Part shown: piece after piece, positions 35,945-45,203 of the stretch
Position numbering within the stretch: the stretch's first letter is position 1
Layout of the letters: every line of letters starts with the position of its first letter
Assembly (NCBI GenBank): GCA_964612055.1
Contig: CAZTBI010000001.1
Location: 156,246-220,245 of the forward strand
DNA length: 64,000 nt
From: an uncultured Bdellovibrionales bacterium
GTDB taxonomy: Bacteria > Patescibacteriota > Minisyncoccia > Moranbacterales > UBA1568
Direction of reading: 5' to 3'
Notes under the pieces: generated by a model
The model's input: the letters and a program-made list of their open reading frames with translations, nothing else
The model's database searches: none
What the model was told of the DNA's origin: nothing
Made by a program: the position numbers and the translations under genes

Positions 35945-37414
35945 CTAAGAGCGTTTTAGGAGTTTTTTGAAAGGGGCGAGGTCCTCATCGGTGAGCTCAC
36001 CGAAAAGTCTGAGGGGGGCAAAATAGAGGGCAAAAAGGACCGCTCCAGAAAAAAGGAAGTTGTAGGTACCGTGGGGCAAAAAGTGTGAGCAGATCACGAT
36101 TAACAGGGTAGAAAAGAGAGAGAGGAAGATGGTCTTTCGTGGGAGATGGACACGGAAGTGTGTTTCAATAGAAATGAGGATGCCGATCATTAAGACTGCA
36201 GCCGTGAGAGTAGCCGCCAGGGCAGCGCCAACGATACCGTATTGGGGGATAAGGGCAAAGTTGAGGACGACCATAGCGAGGAAACCAAAAAAAGAAAGTT
36301 TCATCGGGATTCGTACCAACCCGGCACCATTTAAGGCAAAGGCGAGAACGTAGAAGACGGTGAGGAAGCCCACCCCGATAGCGAAAACGCTCATGGCATT
36401 TTCTGCGCCAACATAACGAGTGCCGTAGAAGAAGTGCAGGATTTGTGAAGCGTAAACAGCAAGGAGGGTGATCATCGGGAAGAGGAGGAGTGTCATGAGA
36501 CGGAGTGATTTATTGACGAGCGAGGTTGTCTCGGCGCTATTTCGCTCGGCGGTCGTTTTGGAAATAGCAGGGAGGAGAATCATGGCGAGTGCCGCAAAGA
36601 GATAGTAGGGGATACGCCCGACAGTGATAGCGGCATTGTACAGACCGGTCAAGTGATCATCTTGGAGGAGTGCTTTCACAAAGTAAAGATCAATCGTAAG
36701 GAGGAGCTCATAAAAAACTAAAAACAGGGTGAGTGGTCCGGCATACGCCAGAATGGTTTTGGCGGGAAAATCAAAGTCGTGGCCGACAGTCTTGATGCCC
36801 AGGCCAAGCCGGCGCTTTATATAGAATATATCAATGAGTATGACTGCGCCGAACGTAAAGAGCGGCGCTAAGACATAGCCGCCCACCGCACCCTCGAGTC
36901 CGAAGAAGATAGCTGAGAGTGCGATGAAGCCTACTCGAGCGAAGGAGCGAATGATTTTTACGATGGCTTGCAGTTTGAAGAGGTGGAGTCCTGTCAGATA
37001 GTGGTGATAGAACGAAGCAGCAGCAAAAGCCGGGATAACAAGTGCGGAGAGCTGGAAGAGCGGCGTCAGTGACGGATCCCGGAGTGCCCAAGCGATAACT
37101 GGAGCAAGTAGGAAGAAGAGGATAGTAATACCGCCGATAAGAGCGGTCTGAAGAAGAGCTGCTTTACGTTTGATGGCGGGGATATTTTTTGGATCCTTCT
37201 CGAGTACTTCGCTCAGATACTTTGACATGGTGGTAGGGATACCGTTGCCGATCAGGACGATGACCATAGTGGTAAGAGTGACCACGAGGCCATAGCGGCC
37301 ATAGTCGGCAGGACCCAAGATGCGGCCTGCTACAGAATGGACGACATAGGCAGCGATATTGAACACGACTTCGGAAGCTGTGAGCCAGACGAGCGCTTGG
37401 GAGAATTTTTTCAT
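35945..37414 (-). CDS. polysaccharide biosynthesis protein / Wzx-like flippase (MOP superfamily)
   Basis: 489 aa, 12-14 TM; N-terminus ...LTASEVVFNIAAYVVHSVAGRILGPADYG typical of PF01943 flippases. Confidence 0.75.
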   Translation of the reverse strand: MKKFSQALVWLTASEVVFNIAAYVVHSVAGRILGPADYGRYGLVVTLTTMVIVLIGNGIPTTMSKYLSEVLEKDPKNIPAIKRKAALLQTALIGGITILFFLLAPVIAWALRDPSLTPLFQLSALVIPAFAAASFYHHYLTGLHLFKLQAIVKIIRSFARVGFIALSAIFFGLEGAVGGYVLAPLFTFGAVILIDIFYIKRRLGLGIKTVGHDFDFPAKTILAYAGPLTLFLVFYELLLTIDLYFVKALLQDDHLTGLYNAAITVGRIPYYLFAALAMILLPAISKTTAERNSAETTSLVNKSLRLMTLLLFPMITLLAVYASQILHFFYGTRYVGAENAMSVFAIGVGFLTVFYVLAFALNGAGLVRIPMKLSFFGFLAMVVLNFALIPQYGIVGAALAATLTAAVLMIGILISIETHFRVHLPRKTIFLSLFSTLLIVICSHFLPHGTYNFLFSGAVLFALYFAPLRLFGELTDEDLAPFKKLLKRS

Positions 37415-37593
37415 AACTTCTTTATTGTAGGATGTGAGTTTTATAGCAAGTAACCTCCCAGAGTACCGTTTGCTTGCCCCGGCGTGACAAGCTGCTCTAC
37501 GCTTCCGTTCGCACTCTTTTTCTTTCAGAAAAAACCGTGCCCGTGCGAACTCCAGAGTTACTTTGGAAGATTCTTGCTAGAAGTCTTCTTGTT

Positions 37594-38217
37594 TTAAACG
37601 CTCAACCTTTTCAGTATATCCTGAAATACGACTTCTTTGTCTTTTTCGGCGTCAATCATGATCAGGTTCCACTGGACACTCCTTTTCTTGAAGAGCTCCA
37701 TTTTGGCACGGAGGTATTCGATACCTTGCTCGGGAACCCGTTCACGGGACACAATGGTTTCTGGTTCCAGGTCGCAATAGAAACGAATATCGCCTTTTGG
37801 AGTATACTTGGCAAGAAAATTGATACCCCAGCTTATCGGCCATGAGAGGAAATGAACGTTCTTGGCCAGGTATTCGAGGTTCACGATGGAGTCGAAGAAA
37901 GAGCGATCGGAAAGGAGGTAGTCATAGCCTTCGCGTCTTAGTTTGGCTCGCAGAAAACAAAAGCGCACCATATCGATAAACAGAAATTTTTCACGCAAGA
38001 CCAAAGAAAGCCAAGAGGCTTTGGTGACAGCTTTTTCTTTTCCTGGTTCAAAGGTTTTTTCTCCTTTCAGACATCGTGCGATCTTATTGGCCAAAGAAAA
38101 CTCAACCGCGTGAAAATACGCTACCTTTTTTCCTTGAGATACCAAATGATTACGTAAAAGTTCTAGCTGTGTAGACTTTCCAGAACCATCAACGCCTGAA
38201 AGTGTGATGAATTTCAT
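37594..38217 (-). CDS. thymidylate-kinase-family P-loop kinase
   Basis: P-loop FITLSGVDGSGKSTQ, DR(Y/S) motif LLSDRSFFDS, LID-like region; 5 nt downstream of rtcB. Confidence 0.6.
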   Translation of the reverse strand: MKFITLSGVDGSGKSTQLELLRNHLVSQGKKVAYFHAVEFSLANKIARCLKGEKTFEPGKEKAVTKASWLSLVLREKFLFIDMVRFCFLRAKLRREGYDYLLSDRSFFDSIVNLEYLAKNVHFLSWPISWGINFLAKYTPKGDIRFYCDLEPETIVSRERVPEQGIEYLRAKMELFKKRSVQWNLIMIDAEKDKEVVFQDILKRLSV

Positions 38218-38222
38218 CTTGT

Positions 38223-39728
38223 TTAGTACATGATGACCGATATTGGCTGCATTTTGACAACCGGTTTGACGACATTGTTTGCCACGACACTTTCGATAAC
38301 GTCTTCGGCACGTTTGTAGTGTGAGGAATCTTGCTCGATCACTTTTGACGAGCGACCATTGTAAAGTTTGACGCCACGGGTGGAAAGTTTCTCGTGAAGC
38401 GCTTCCTTGCTTTCTGGAACAACACTCTCAGAATTCTTGGCAGCTTTTCCGGCGCCATGATTACAGGAATAGAAGCTCGAGTCGTTGCCGTCTTGACCCA
38501 CGCAGAGGTAGGCTTCGGTACTCATGGAAGTCGGGATAAAAGCCGGCTCCCCAGTTTCTTTGAAGAGCGGGTGACTGGCCATACGACTTGGGCCATAAGC
38601 TCGACTGGTGCCGTTACGGTGTACCCACGTTTGTTTTCCGTAGTGTTCTTCCTGAGAAACGAGAATGTGAGGCATGTCGTAGAGGAGGTCAGCGCCAATC
38701 TCTCGTCCTAGGACCTTTTCAGCGGTTTGGATGAAATTGTGAGTGATAGTAGCGCGGTTGGCATGGGCGAAGTTGGAGCAGGCATAACGGGCGGCCATGT
38801 AGAGCTTGCCATCTTCTCCGTCACCATCGAACGTGATGAGCGGTTCTTTCTTCCCAAAATCCGACTCTCTGATTTTCTTGGCGATACCTCGGATAGTTTT
38901 CTTGAACGGTGTCAGCCAGAAGAGGCGACCAATATTCATGAGAATAGCTGTCGAGAGGTGCTCGCGCTTTTTGGCAGTGAACATATACATGGTGTATTGA
39001 CCGAGGATTCCAGAACCGCAGTGCACCATGAGGATATACTGACCTTTGCGCAGATTGAATTTGGCGGCGACTTCCGGATCAACGACGTCGGTCACTTTCA
39101 TGAGGTCGAGGAAGTGGTTGCCGGCGGCACCGATGATACCCGAGCGGAACTGAGCAAAGAACAAAAAGAGCGGCGGGATGATATTCATGATGCCACGACG
39201 TGTCGGAGCTTCCGCGAAAAAGTTGCCACGGTCGATGCTGTTCTCCACTTCGTGCTTCGTTTTGATGCCGAGATAGCTTACGAGAGGGCCGATGCCGAGA
39301 CGGCAGATATCGACGATGACACGAAAGGGGAGTACGGTTCCGACATACTGCTTCGTTGGCACGGTCTTCGTGGCTTCCTGGAAGATCTGGTCGATCTGCT
39401 CCGGAGTGGTATTGGTATCATCGAGATCAAGGCGTACCAGGCGCATACCACAGGCTGGATCACTATCATTTACTTGTGGGAGAATAAATTTTTCAGAAGT
39501 GACAGTTGTACCAGTGGCGTTTTTTCGGCCAGGTTTACTGTGGACGTCTGCCATGGCAGCGACGTGGTGGAAAATACAGCCATTGGCAGCGACGCTTTCG
39601 AGTTGTTTCATGGTATCAGGACCTGGCATGAGTTTATCACCCACATGAAAAACAACCGGGACGTTCATTTTCTCAGTCTTGAATTCACTTTTGTGCTCTG
39701 AGAGTTTGGTGATGTCGTTTTCGTACAT
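38223..39728 (-). CDS. rtcB: RNA ligase RtcB (3'-phosphate/5'-hydroxyl RNA ligase)
   Basis: AAMADVHSKPG (metal site), ACGMR, CNHGAGK near C-terminus; ATG at 39728 (MYEND...) preferred, TTG 39782 possible. Confidence 0.85.
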   Translation of the reverse strand: MYENDITKLSEHKSEFKTEKMNVPVVFHVGDKLMPGPDTMKQLESVAANGCIFHHVAAMADVHSKPGRKNATGTTVTSEKFILPQVNDSDPACGMRLVRLDLDDTNTTPEQIDQIFQEATKTVPTKQYVGTVLPFRVIVDICRLGIGPLVSYLGIKTKHEVENSIDRGNFFAEAPTRRGIMNIIPPLFLFFAQFRSGIIGAAGNHFLDLMKVTDVVDPEVAAKFNLRKGQYILMVHCGSGILGQYTMYMFTAKKREHLSTAILMNIGRLFWLTPFKKTIRGIAKKIRESDFGKKEPLITFDGDGEDGKLYMAARYACSNFAHANRATITHNFIQTAEKVLGREIGADLLYDMPHILVSQEEHYGKQTWVHRNGTSRAYGPSRMASHPLFKETGEPAFIPTSMSTEAYLCVGQDGNDSSFYSCNHGAGKAAKNSESVVPESKEALHEKLSTRGVKLYNGRSSKVIEQDSSHYKRAEDVIESVVANNVVKPVVKMQPISVIMY

Positions 39729-39953
39729 AATCTCGGTAGTAGTTCTCGAATCAGTACTTTCCTTTTCCTTACATGTCTTCAAGCGAACATGCCTGACTCG
39801 TTTGCCGAGAAACGCGTGGTCCCGGCTCCAGGAGTCGCATCCACGTTGTTTCTAGCGGCGCACTCATCACGGATGCTAGCCCGCCTTCGGAGGGTGACCG
39901 CTTTCAGCCAACGTTCAGAAAAGAAAAGTGCTTCTTGAGAACAGTTGGTAACT

Positions 39954-41099
39954 TTAGAGTGAGGAGTATATTTCCTCGTACTGCTTGGCAGTGTTTTTGA
40001 GATCGAAGTGGTCTTTGACGAAACGGCGGGCGTTTTCACCGAGACGGATCCTTTCTGTCTCATTTTGCTTTAAATAAGCCAAAGATTCAATGAGTTTTTC
40101 GCCTGAATCTTTGGGGATGGTAACACAAATGTCCTTGTTTGTAAACTCGGAAAACTGGGGTAAATCAGAGAGGATTACCGGCTTGCCGCAGGCGTAGGCT
40201 TCGATGATAACGAGTGGTACGTCAAATTTTCCTTTCAGATTCTCGACTGGGAAGATAACGACATCGGCCGTGCTGTAGAGACCAGACATATCGGAGATAG
40301 TATCAGAAAAAGCGACATAATCGAGGAGTCCTGCTTCGGCAAAAAGTTTCTGGACCTGCTGCTTTTTCACTGCATCAGCTTCGTTTTTGACACGGCAAGC
40401 AAAGACGAAGCGAAGTTCGGTATCCGGGTTCTCTTGAAAATAGCGGAGGAAGGTCTGGGCGAGCATATCGGTCGCCCCGAGTCGAGTGTACTCGCCAGGG
40501 TAGAGGACAACAAAGTGTTCTGGTTTGAGCCCGAGTTGCGTCAGAAGTGACGGATTCTTTGCCGTTGGGCTGTAACGTTCGAGATCAATACCGGGATAGA
40601 TGCGCGTGACGTTGTTGAAACCGAGATTCTCCAACTTTCTTTTAGTTGTTTCAGTATAGGTAATGAGACGGTCAGCAAAGAAGAGCTGATGCAAGAGCTT
40701 TTTTGGGTAGCGATCCTCACGCAATGTGGCAATTGTCTGGATGGTTTTTGGTCGGAAAGGGGTGAAATAGCGGATCACAAATGCGTTGAAGAGAGTTGGT
40801 GTAAAGAGGTAGTGCACGATATCGTAGCGAGAACTCTGGGTGAAAAGATAGAGAGGAAGGCGTGCCTTTTGGAAGAAAGGGTAATGCGATTTACTTTTCT
40901 TGTCTGGAGTGGAATACAGAGGATGTAATACGACATTACTGCCAAGCCCGTCGAGTTTCTCCGGTGTCGTGAGAATATGCATCTCCACGTTTTCATCACG
41001 GATATTCTTTGCGAGAAAATAGGCGAAGTTTTTAGAAGCCTCGTCCCATGGCGGAACGAGCGGACGAGTAGCAAGGAGAACCTTTTTTGACATAGACAC
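39954..41099 (-). CDS. glycosyltransferase family 1 (GT4)
   Basis: C-terminal VIFPVENLKGKFDVPLVIIEAYACGKPVILSD (EX7E); 381 aa. Confidence 0.75.
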   Translation of the reverse strand: MSMSKKVLLATRPLVPPWDEASKNFAYFLAKNIRDENVEMHILTTPEKLDGLGSNVVLHPLYSTPDKKSKSHYPFFQKARLPLYLFTQSSRYDIVHYLFTPTLFNAFVIRYFTPFRPKTIQTIATLREDRYPKKLLHQLFFADRLITYTETTKRKLENLGFNNVTRIYPGIDLERYSPTAKNPSLLTQLGLKPEHFVVLYPGEYTRLGATDMLAQTFLRYFQENPDTELRFVFACRVKNEADAVKKQQVQKLFAEAGLLDYVAFSDTISDMSGLYSTADVVIFPVENLKGKFDVPLVIIEAYACGKPVILSDLPQFSEFTNKDICVTIPKDSGEKLIESLAYLKQNETERIRLGENARRFVKDHFDLKNTAKQYEEIYSSL

Positions 41100-41105
41100 T
41101 GGTGA

Positions 41106-41468
41106 TTATCGGTAAATTTCCCGCGTTTCTGATCCGGAGGTCACGACAATAGTGGTACGGGCCTCTCTTTGTGAAAAGACCGGGGTGATGGTAGTGGTCG
41201 CTCCGGATGCAACTTGAAATGTTTCCTCGAGGAGAGTCTCCTTTCCGACAACGACTTTATAACTGAATTCGGTGGTAGCGCTGTGATTTTCAATAGTGAA
41301 ATCGAAACTCGCCTTGTTTTCTGGTGCTGCAAACGAGAGTACCCACCAGTCTTTCTGATAATTTGGATCGAGTTCGCGCTCATTTTGCCAAAAAAGAAAC
41401 AAGGCGCTTGCGGCAAAGAGGAAGCAAAAGAGGGCGACGAGGGATTTTTCAGAGAGAAGAGTGTTCAT
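41106..41468 (-). CDS. small single-pass membrane/secreted protein
   Basis: 120 aa; N-terminal TM then beta-rich Thr-rich domain; translationally coupled to upstream 656-aa membrane protein (4-nt overlap). Confidence 0.45.
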   Translation of the reverse strand: MNTLLSEKSLVALFCFLFAASALFLFWQNERELDPNYQKDWWVLSFAAPENKASFDFTIENHSATTEFSYKVVVGKETLLEETFQVASGATTTITPVFSQREARTTIVVTSGSETREIYR

Positions 41469-43435
41469 TTTGAGCGTTCGTAAATGTGAATATTTTCTGA
41501 GCTGTAAATACGTGAGAAGCTAGTCGATTTCTCAAAGGGCGTGATGTCAAAATTTGGATTGACCACAACAAAATTTGTTCCTGTTTCATTGTAACATTTC
41601 TCTCCGCGAGCAGTATTAGGGACAGAAATCATGAGGAGCGTACACTGTTCCCGGTCAGGATTGTCTTCATAGCGTTTGAAGAAACCACGAGAGAGAGGAT
41701 AGGAATAGTCGCGTAGGAAGAAGAGTTTCATCCAGGCATCAGCGGTGATGTAGTTGTGATCTTTAAGGACCTGGTCATCCTCTCCAGTGTGAGCTGCTAA
41801 ATAACGAGCCGCTCCAAAAGTTTCCAGTGCTGGCAGGGCCTTGCTTTCAGGGAGAAGGGTCTGGCCATTATCAAATGAACCACTTCCTGAAGCAAAAAAG
41901 AAGGCTGAAAAAGAACAGAAGAGGATTAAAAGACTCGGTAAGAAGAAACGTTTTCTTTCTTGAGAAAATAGTGCAGCACAACCAACAAGGGAAAAAGCAG
42001 CGAGGAGCCCAAGTGGGAAAGAAAGATATGCGCCAATACGACTCGATGGAATATCAATGAAGAGCCATTCTGGGTGAGTGGTCATGATGAGGAGGATGAG
42101 ACCCCAGCCAAGGAGAAAGACACTCCCATAGCGAGCGCGGGTACGGAGGAGGCCAATAAGAAAGAGTCCAGCCAGCCCGAGAGCAACGCGTGTTTCACCG
42201 GAAGAAAAAGTAATTTGGTAAAAAGAAAGGCCGGTACGGGTGGTTTTAGTCGGTGTTCCGATGGCAGTGCCGACGGCACTTTGCTCGATATAGGTCGGCA
42301 TGGCGACGGCAAAGAAGAAAAGACAGGCGGCAAGAGTGATGAAAAGTGGCTTCGGTTTCAGGAAAAGCCCTAACCAGTGGCGCAGTGTCGTGCCGAGCGT
42401 ATCCCAGTGCAAGATAAGATACAGTAAGCCTGAAGCTACCAAGACAAAGAGTGTCATCAAGGTACTCAAATGATGGATGTAGGCCAGAGAAAAAGTGAGA
42501 AAAAATCCAAGAGCAAGGAAATCGCTTCGTTTTTCCTTGAAGGCACGGAAATACGCAAGAATGATAATAGGTATGAAGAAGTTTCCAAAGGTATTCCCGA
42601 CAACACCGCCAGAAACGAATTTAGCTTGTGGTGAAGCGAGGGTATACAGCGGACCAAAAAGGAAGAGGGTAGCAAGAGCGATGTTTTGGGGAGTAAAGAC
42701 TGACTCTGAGAAGAAAGGACTTTTGATACTATCAGCAAGGGTACGGGCGAGGGTTACCAAAGCCAAAAGAGCCATGAGATTCACGAAGAGAAGCAAGAGA
42801 ATAGGAAAGGCGGAAAGAAAATCGATACCAGAAAGTATATTGAGAGCGGCAAAGGGAAGATGTTCGCCGATGATAAAGTCTGCGATTGGTTCTGGTTCGG
42901 AAATGTGGTACACGCCGTTTTCGGTGACAATATCTTGCTTGGCATATATGGGGAGTGTACCTGTCTCAGCAATGAGTTTTGACCAGTACATGTGGTGACC
43001 GAGGTCTGTCGAAGTCGGCAAAATAGCGTGTGAAAGATAGACGGTCTTGGTGAGTACCGTCAGTGTCAGAAGAAGCATGAAGAGCCAGGTCTGTTTTTTG
43101 GAAAATGACCAAGGATTCGGTTTGGTTGTTGGTCCAGTATCTTCTTTCTTGGGAGAAAAGCGTTTCCGAAAGAAAAAGAGGAGAAGGGAGAGAAGAGCGG
43201 TCAGGGTGATGCCGATTGCGAGAGTGCCTTGAGAGAAAGACGTGCCAGCTTTTCCCATGAGAATTATGAGGAAATTGAGCGCTCCGATACCAACAGCGAA
43301 AGAAAATACCCAGGTTTCAAAGATTGTTAATGCTGGATATCTTTTGAGGAGGACTCGGAGCAAAAGATATCCTGGTAAAAAGAAAAGGACACCGAGAGAA
43401 AGGAGAAAGATGAGTGTGTTGTAAGAAAATGACAT
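41465..43435 (-). CDS. polytopic membrane protein with C-terminal extracytoplasmic domain, unknown (possible GT-C/polymerase)
   Basis: 656 aa; about 14 TM helices; 2-nt gap from upstream GT4. Confidence 0.55.
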   Translation of the reverse strand: MSFSYNTLIFLLSLGVLFFLPGYLLLRVLLKRYPALTIFETWVFSFAVGIGALNFLIILMGKAGTSFSQGTLAIGITLTALLSLLLFFFRKRFSPKKEDTGPTTKPNPWSFSKKQTWLFMLLLTLTVLTKTVYLSHAILPTSTDLGHHMYWSKLIAETGTLPIYAKQDIVTENGVYHISEPEPIADFIIGEHLPFAALNILSGIDFLSAFPILLLLFVNLMALLALVTLARTLADSIKSPFFSESVFTPQNIALATLFLFGPLYTLASPQAKFVSGGVVGNTFGNFFIPIIILAYFRAFKEKRSDFLALGFFLTFSLAYIHHLSTLMTLFVLVASGLLYLILHWDTLGTTLRHWLGLFLKPKPLFITLAACLFFFAVAMPTYIEQSAVGTAIGTPTKTTRTGLSFYQITFSSGETRVALGLAGLFLIGLLRTRARYGSVFLLGWGLILLIMTTHPEWLFIDIPSSRIGAYLSFPLGLLAAFSLVGCAALFSQERKRFFLPSLLILFCSFSAFFFASGSGSFDNGQTLLPESKALPALETFGAARYLAAHTGEDDQVLKDHNYITADAWMKLFFLRDYSYPLSRGFFKRYEDNPDREQCTLLMISVPNTARGEKCYNETGTNFVVVNPNFDITPFEKSTSFSRIYSSENIHIYERSK

Positions 43436-43436
43436 A

Positions 43437-44543
43437 CTACTTTTTCACAAACGACTGAAGAATTTCAATATAGCGCCGGGCAATGGTGTCCCATTCAAAA
43501 TGTGCCTTGGTGTAGAGACGAGCTCGCTTTCCTAAAGTATGACGTCTCTCTTCATCTAAAACAAGATCAGTAATAGCTTTTCTGAAAGCCTCGGGGTTTT
43601 CCGGCTCTACCAAGAGGCCGTTTTCATTTTGGTGAATGGCATCCTTCAGCCCTTCAAGATTGGAAACGATGACAGGGAGTTCACATGAGGCTGCCTCGAT
43701 GACGGAGATGCCAAAGCCCTCCATATCACCGGCTACTTTTATGTTGGGCTGGATAAAGATATCACAGGTATTCAAGAGGACATCACGTACGTCATCTGAA
43801 ACATACCCGAGAAGTTTCACGCAATGAGCTGAATTTGTTTCTTTCACCGCCTGTTCAATATCTTTCCTATCGATACCGTCGCCAGCCACAACATAGAGAA
43901 TATTTTCTGGGAGTTTCGGGATAACGTTTCGTATGAACCAAGCAACACCTTTCCGTTTGGCAAGTCGGCCGGAGGTAAGAAGAACGTATTTGTTTACAAG
44001 AGAAAGATTTAGTATTTTCTCCAACTCCTCACGGGTATGAGGTTTGAAGTATTTCTCGGTATCAACTCCATTCGGAATAAAAGTGAACTTGGTCTCTGGA
44101 ATGCCTCGAGCTACACCCTGACGGATTGTTTCATTGCCAACCGCGATTAAGCCGTCGAGCGCTGGAAGGAATTTTTTGATCCACAAGCGTTGATAGATAT
44201 TGATTAGTGCTTTTTCATACCAGAGACCAAGTGACTTTGAATCATAGTTGATGTCTATTCCGTGAACGACAGAAACCACGGGAAGTGGAGTCATTTTTTT
44301 TAAGAGCCAGCCAATGAGTCCAAGGGTACCGTCACCGAGTAAGACGATATCATAAGAGCGAGCCTGCCACAAAGCGACTAAGAGAGCGTAGGGGGCAAAA
44401 AGAGGAAGAAAAAAACGTCCGTGTCGATTGGCTATAGTTTTGGTTTCGGCGTGCTGAGCGAGCCATACCGAAAGGGCATAGTTCTGATTCTCAATACCGC
44501 CCGTAATAGGCGGATAAGCCCTGGAAATAAAGAGAATTCGCAT
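43437..44543 (-). CDS. glycosyltransferase family 1 (GT4)
   Basis: MRILFISRAYPPITGGIENQ N-terminus; EX7E region GDMEGFGISVIEAASCELPVIVS. Confidence 0.8.
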   Translation of the reverse strand: MRILFISRAYPPITGGIENQNYALSVWLAQHAETKTIANRHGRFFLPLFAPYALLVALWQARSYDIVLLGDGTLGLIGWLLKKMTPLPVVSVVHGIDINYDSKSLGLWYEKALINIYQRLWIKKFLPALDGLIAVGNETIRQGVARGIPETKFTFIPNGVDTEKYFKPHTREELEKILNLSLVNKYVLLTSGRLAKRKGVAWFIRNVIPKLPENILYVVAGDGIDRKDIEQAVKETNSAHCVKLLGYVSDDVRDVLLNTCDIFIQPNIKVAGDMEGFGISVIEAASCELPVIVSNLEGLKDAIHQNENGLLVEPENPEAFRKAITDLVLDEERRHTLGKRARLYTKAHFEWDTIARRYIEILQSFVKK

Positions 44544-44603
44544 GAGACAGAGAGGGAAACTTATGGCTTAATTATAGCTTTTTTTTGTTGTTTTGTCAGC
44601 GTA

Positions 44604-44632
44604 TTGACTTTTATGCCAAAAAAGTGCATAAT
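44604..44632 (+). promoter_or_regulatory. sigma70-like promoter (-35 TTGACT, 17-nt spacer, -10 CATAAT)
   Basis: Read directly; positioned about 65 nt upstream of alpha-CTD-like gene ATG. Confidence 0.45.
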
Positions 44633-44698
44633 ACAAAGTTCGTTTACAACATGCGAATTTTCGCACCCGCGCCTCGGGGTCTGGGGTATGGAGCAAGT

Positions 44699-45046
44699 AT
44701 GAACACTGCAAAACGCGCGACTGAAGAAGCGGTGGCGATGCAATCTTTGGGGCATGATCTATTACGTCAGCTTGCTCACATCGAAGAGCAGATCGACCAC
44801 ATGAGACGGTCAGTCTACTCTGTCCTTGGACTAGCTGACAAGCCGGAACTTCGCCCCATTGAAGATCTGGGTCTGACGAAACGGACAGCGAATGTTTTGA
44901 AAGCTGAAAAGATTTACTGTATTGCCCAGCTAGATCGGCTTACCCAGCCTCAACTTCTGAAGATTCCAGGGATGGGCCGTAAGGGACTTGAGGAAATTGA
45001 GGCAACGCTGACTCTTCACCGTTCTTGGCTCGGAACTGATGGTTAG
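44699..45046 (+). CDS. stand-alone RNA polymerase alpha-subunit C-terminal-domain (alpha-CTD) homolog
   Basis: LRPIEDLGLTKRTANVLKAEKIYCIAQL...LLKIPGMGRKGLEEIE aligns residue-for-residue with RpoA alpha-CTD ([20 protein letters not shown].I...LLKTPNLGKKSLTEI); no alpha-NTD; GGAG RBS 6 nt upstream of ATG 44699. Confidence 0.75.
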   Translation: MNTAKRATEEAVAMQSLGHDLLRQLAHIEEQIDHMRRSVYSVLGLADKPELRPIEDLGLTKRTANVLKAEKIYCIAQLDRLTQPQLLKIPGMGRKGLEEIEATLTLHRSWLGTDG

Positions 45047-45154
45047 TTGTTGGCCGTACTGTGAAATCTTGGGGAAGGACGTGAAATACATGGACTTCTC
45101 CGCATCTTTGAGTACTGGTTTACGAACGAGTTTTCAAGAATGAATCAAGAAAAA

Positions 45155-45185
45155 CCCCTGATCAAAAAGATAAGGGGTTTTTTCT
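45155..45185. terminator. bidirectional rho-independent terminator
   Basis: AAAA-CCCCT-(13-nt loop)-AGGGG-TTTTTTC between convergent genes. Confidence 0.55.
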
Positions 45186-45203
45186 TGTCTAAGAAGCTAA
45201 AAG

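Noticed and set aside
38727-39701. 324-aa plus-strand ORF and several smaller ones antisense to rtcB
   Set aside because: The RtcB catalytic motifs are unambiguous on the minus strand. The antisense product is an acidic low-complexity read-through.
39880-39930. Possible sigma54 (-24/-12) promoter for rtcB, TGGC...GGTC on the minus strand
   Set aside because: The GG and GC elements do not fall at the required 10-nt spacing, and the -12 element reads TC rather than GC. No RtcR-like activator gene is nearby.
39779-40063. 94-aa minus-strand ORF spanning the GT4 3' end and the rtcB leader
   Set aside because: It overlaps the well-supported GT4 gene in another frame. The remainder is better explained as a non-coding GC-rich leader, covered in the findings.
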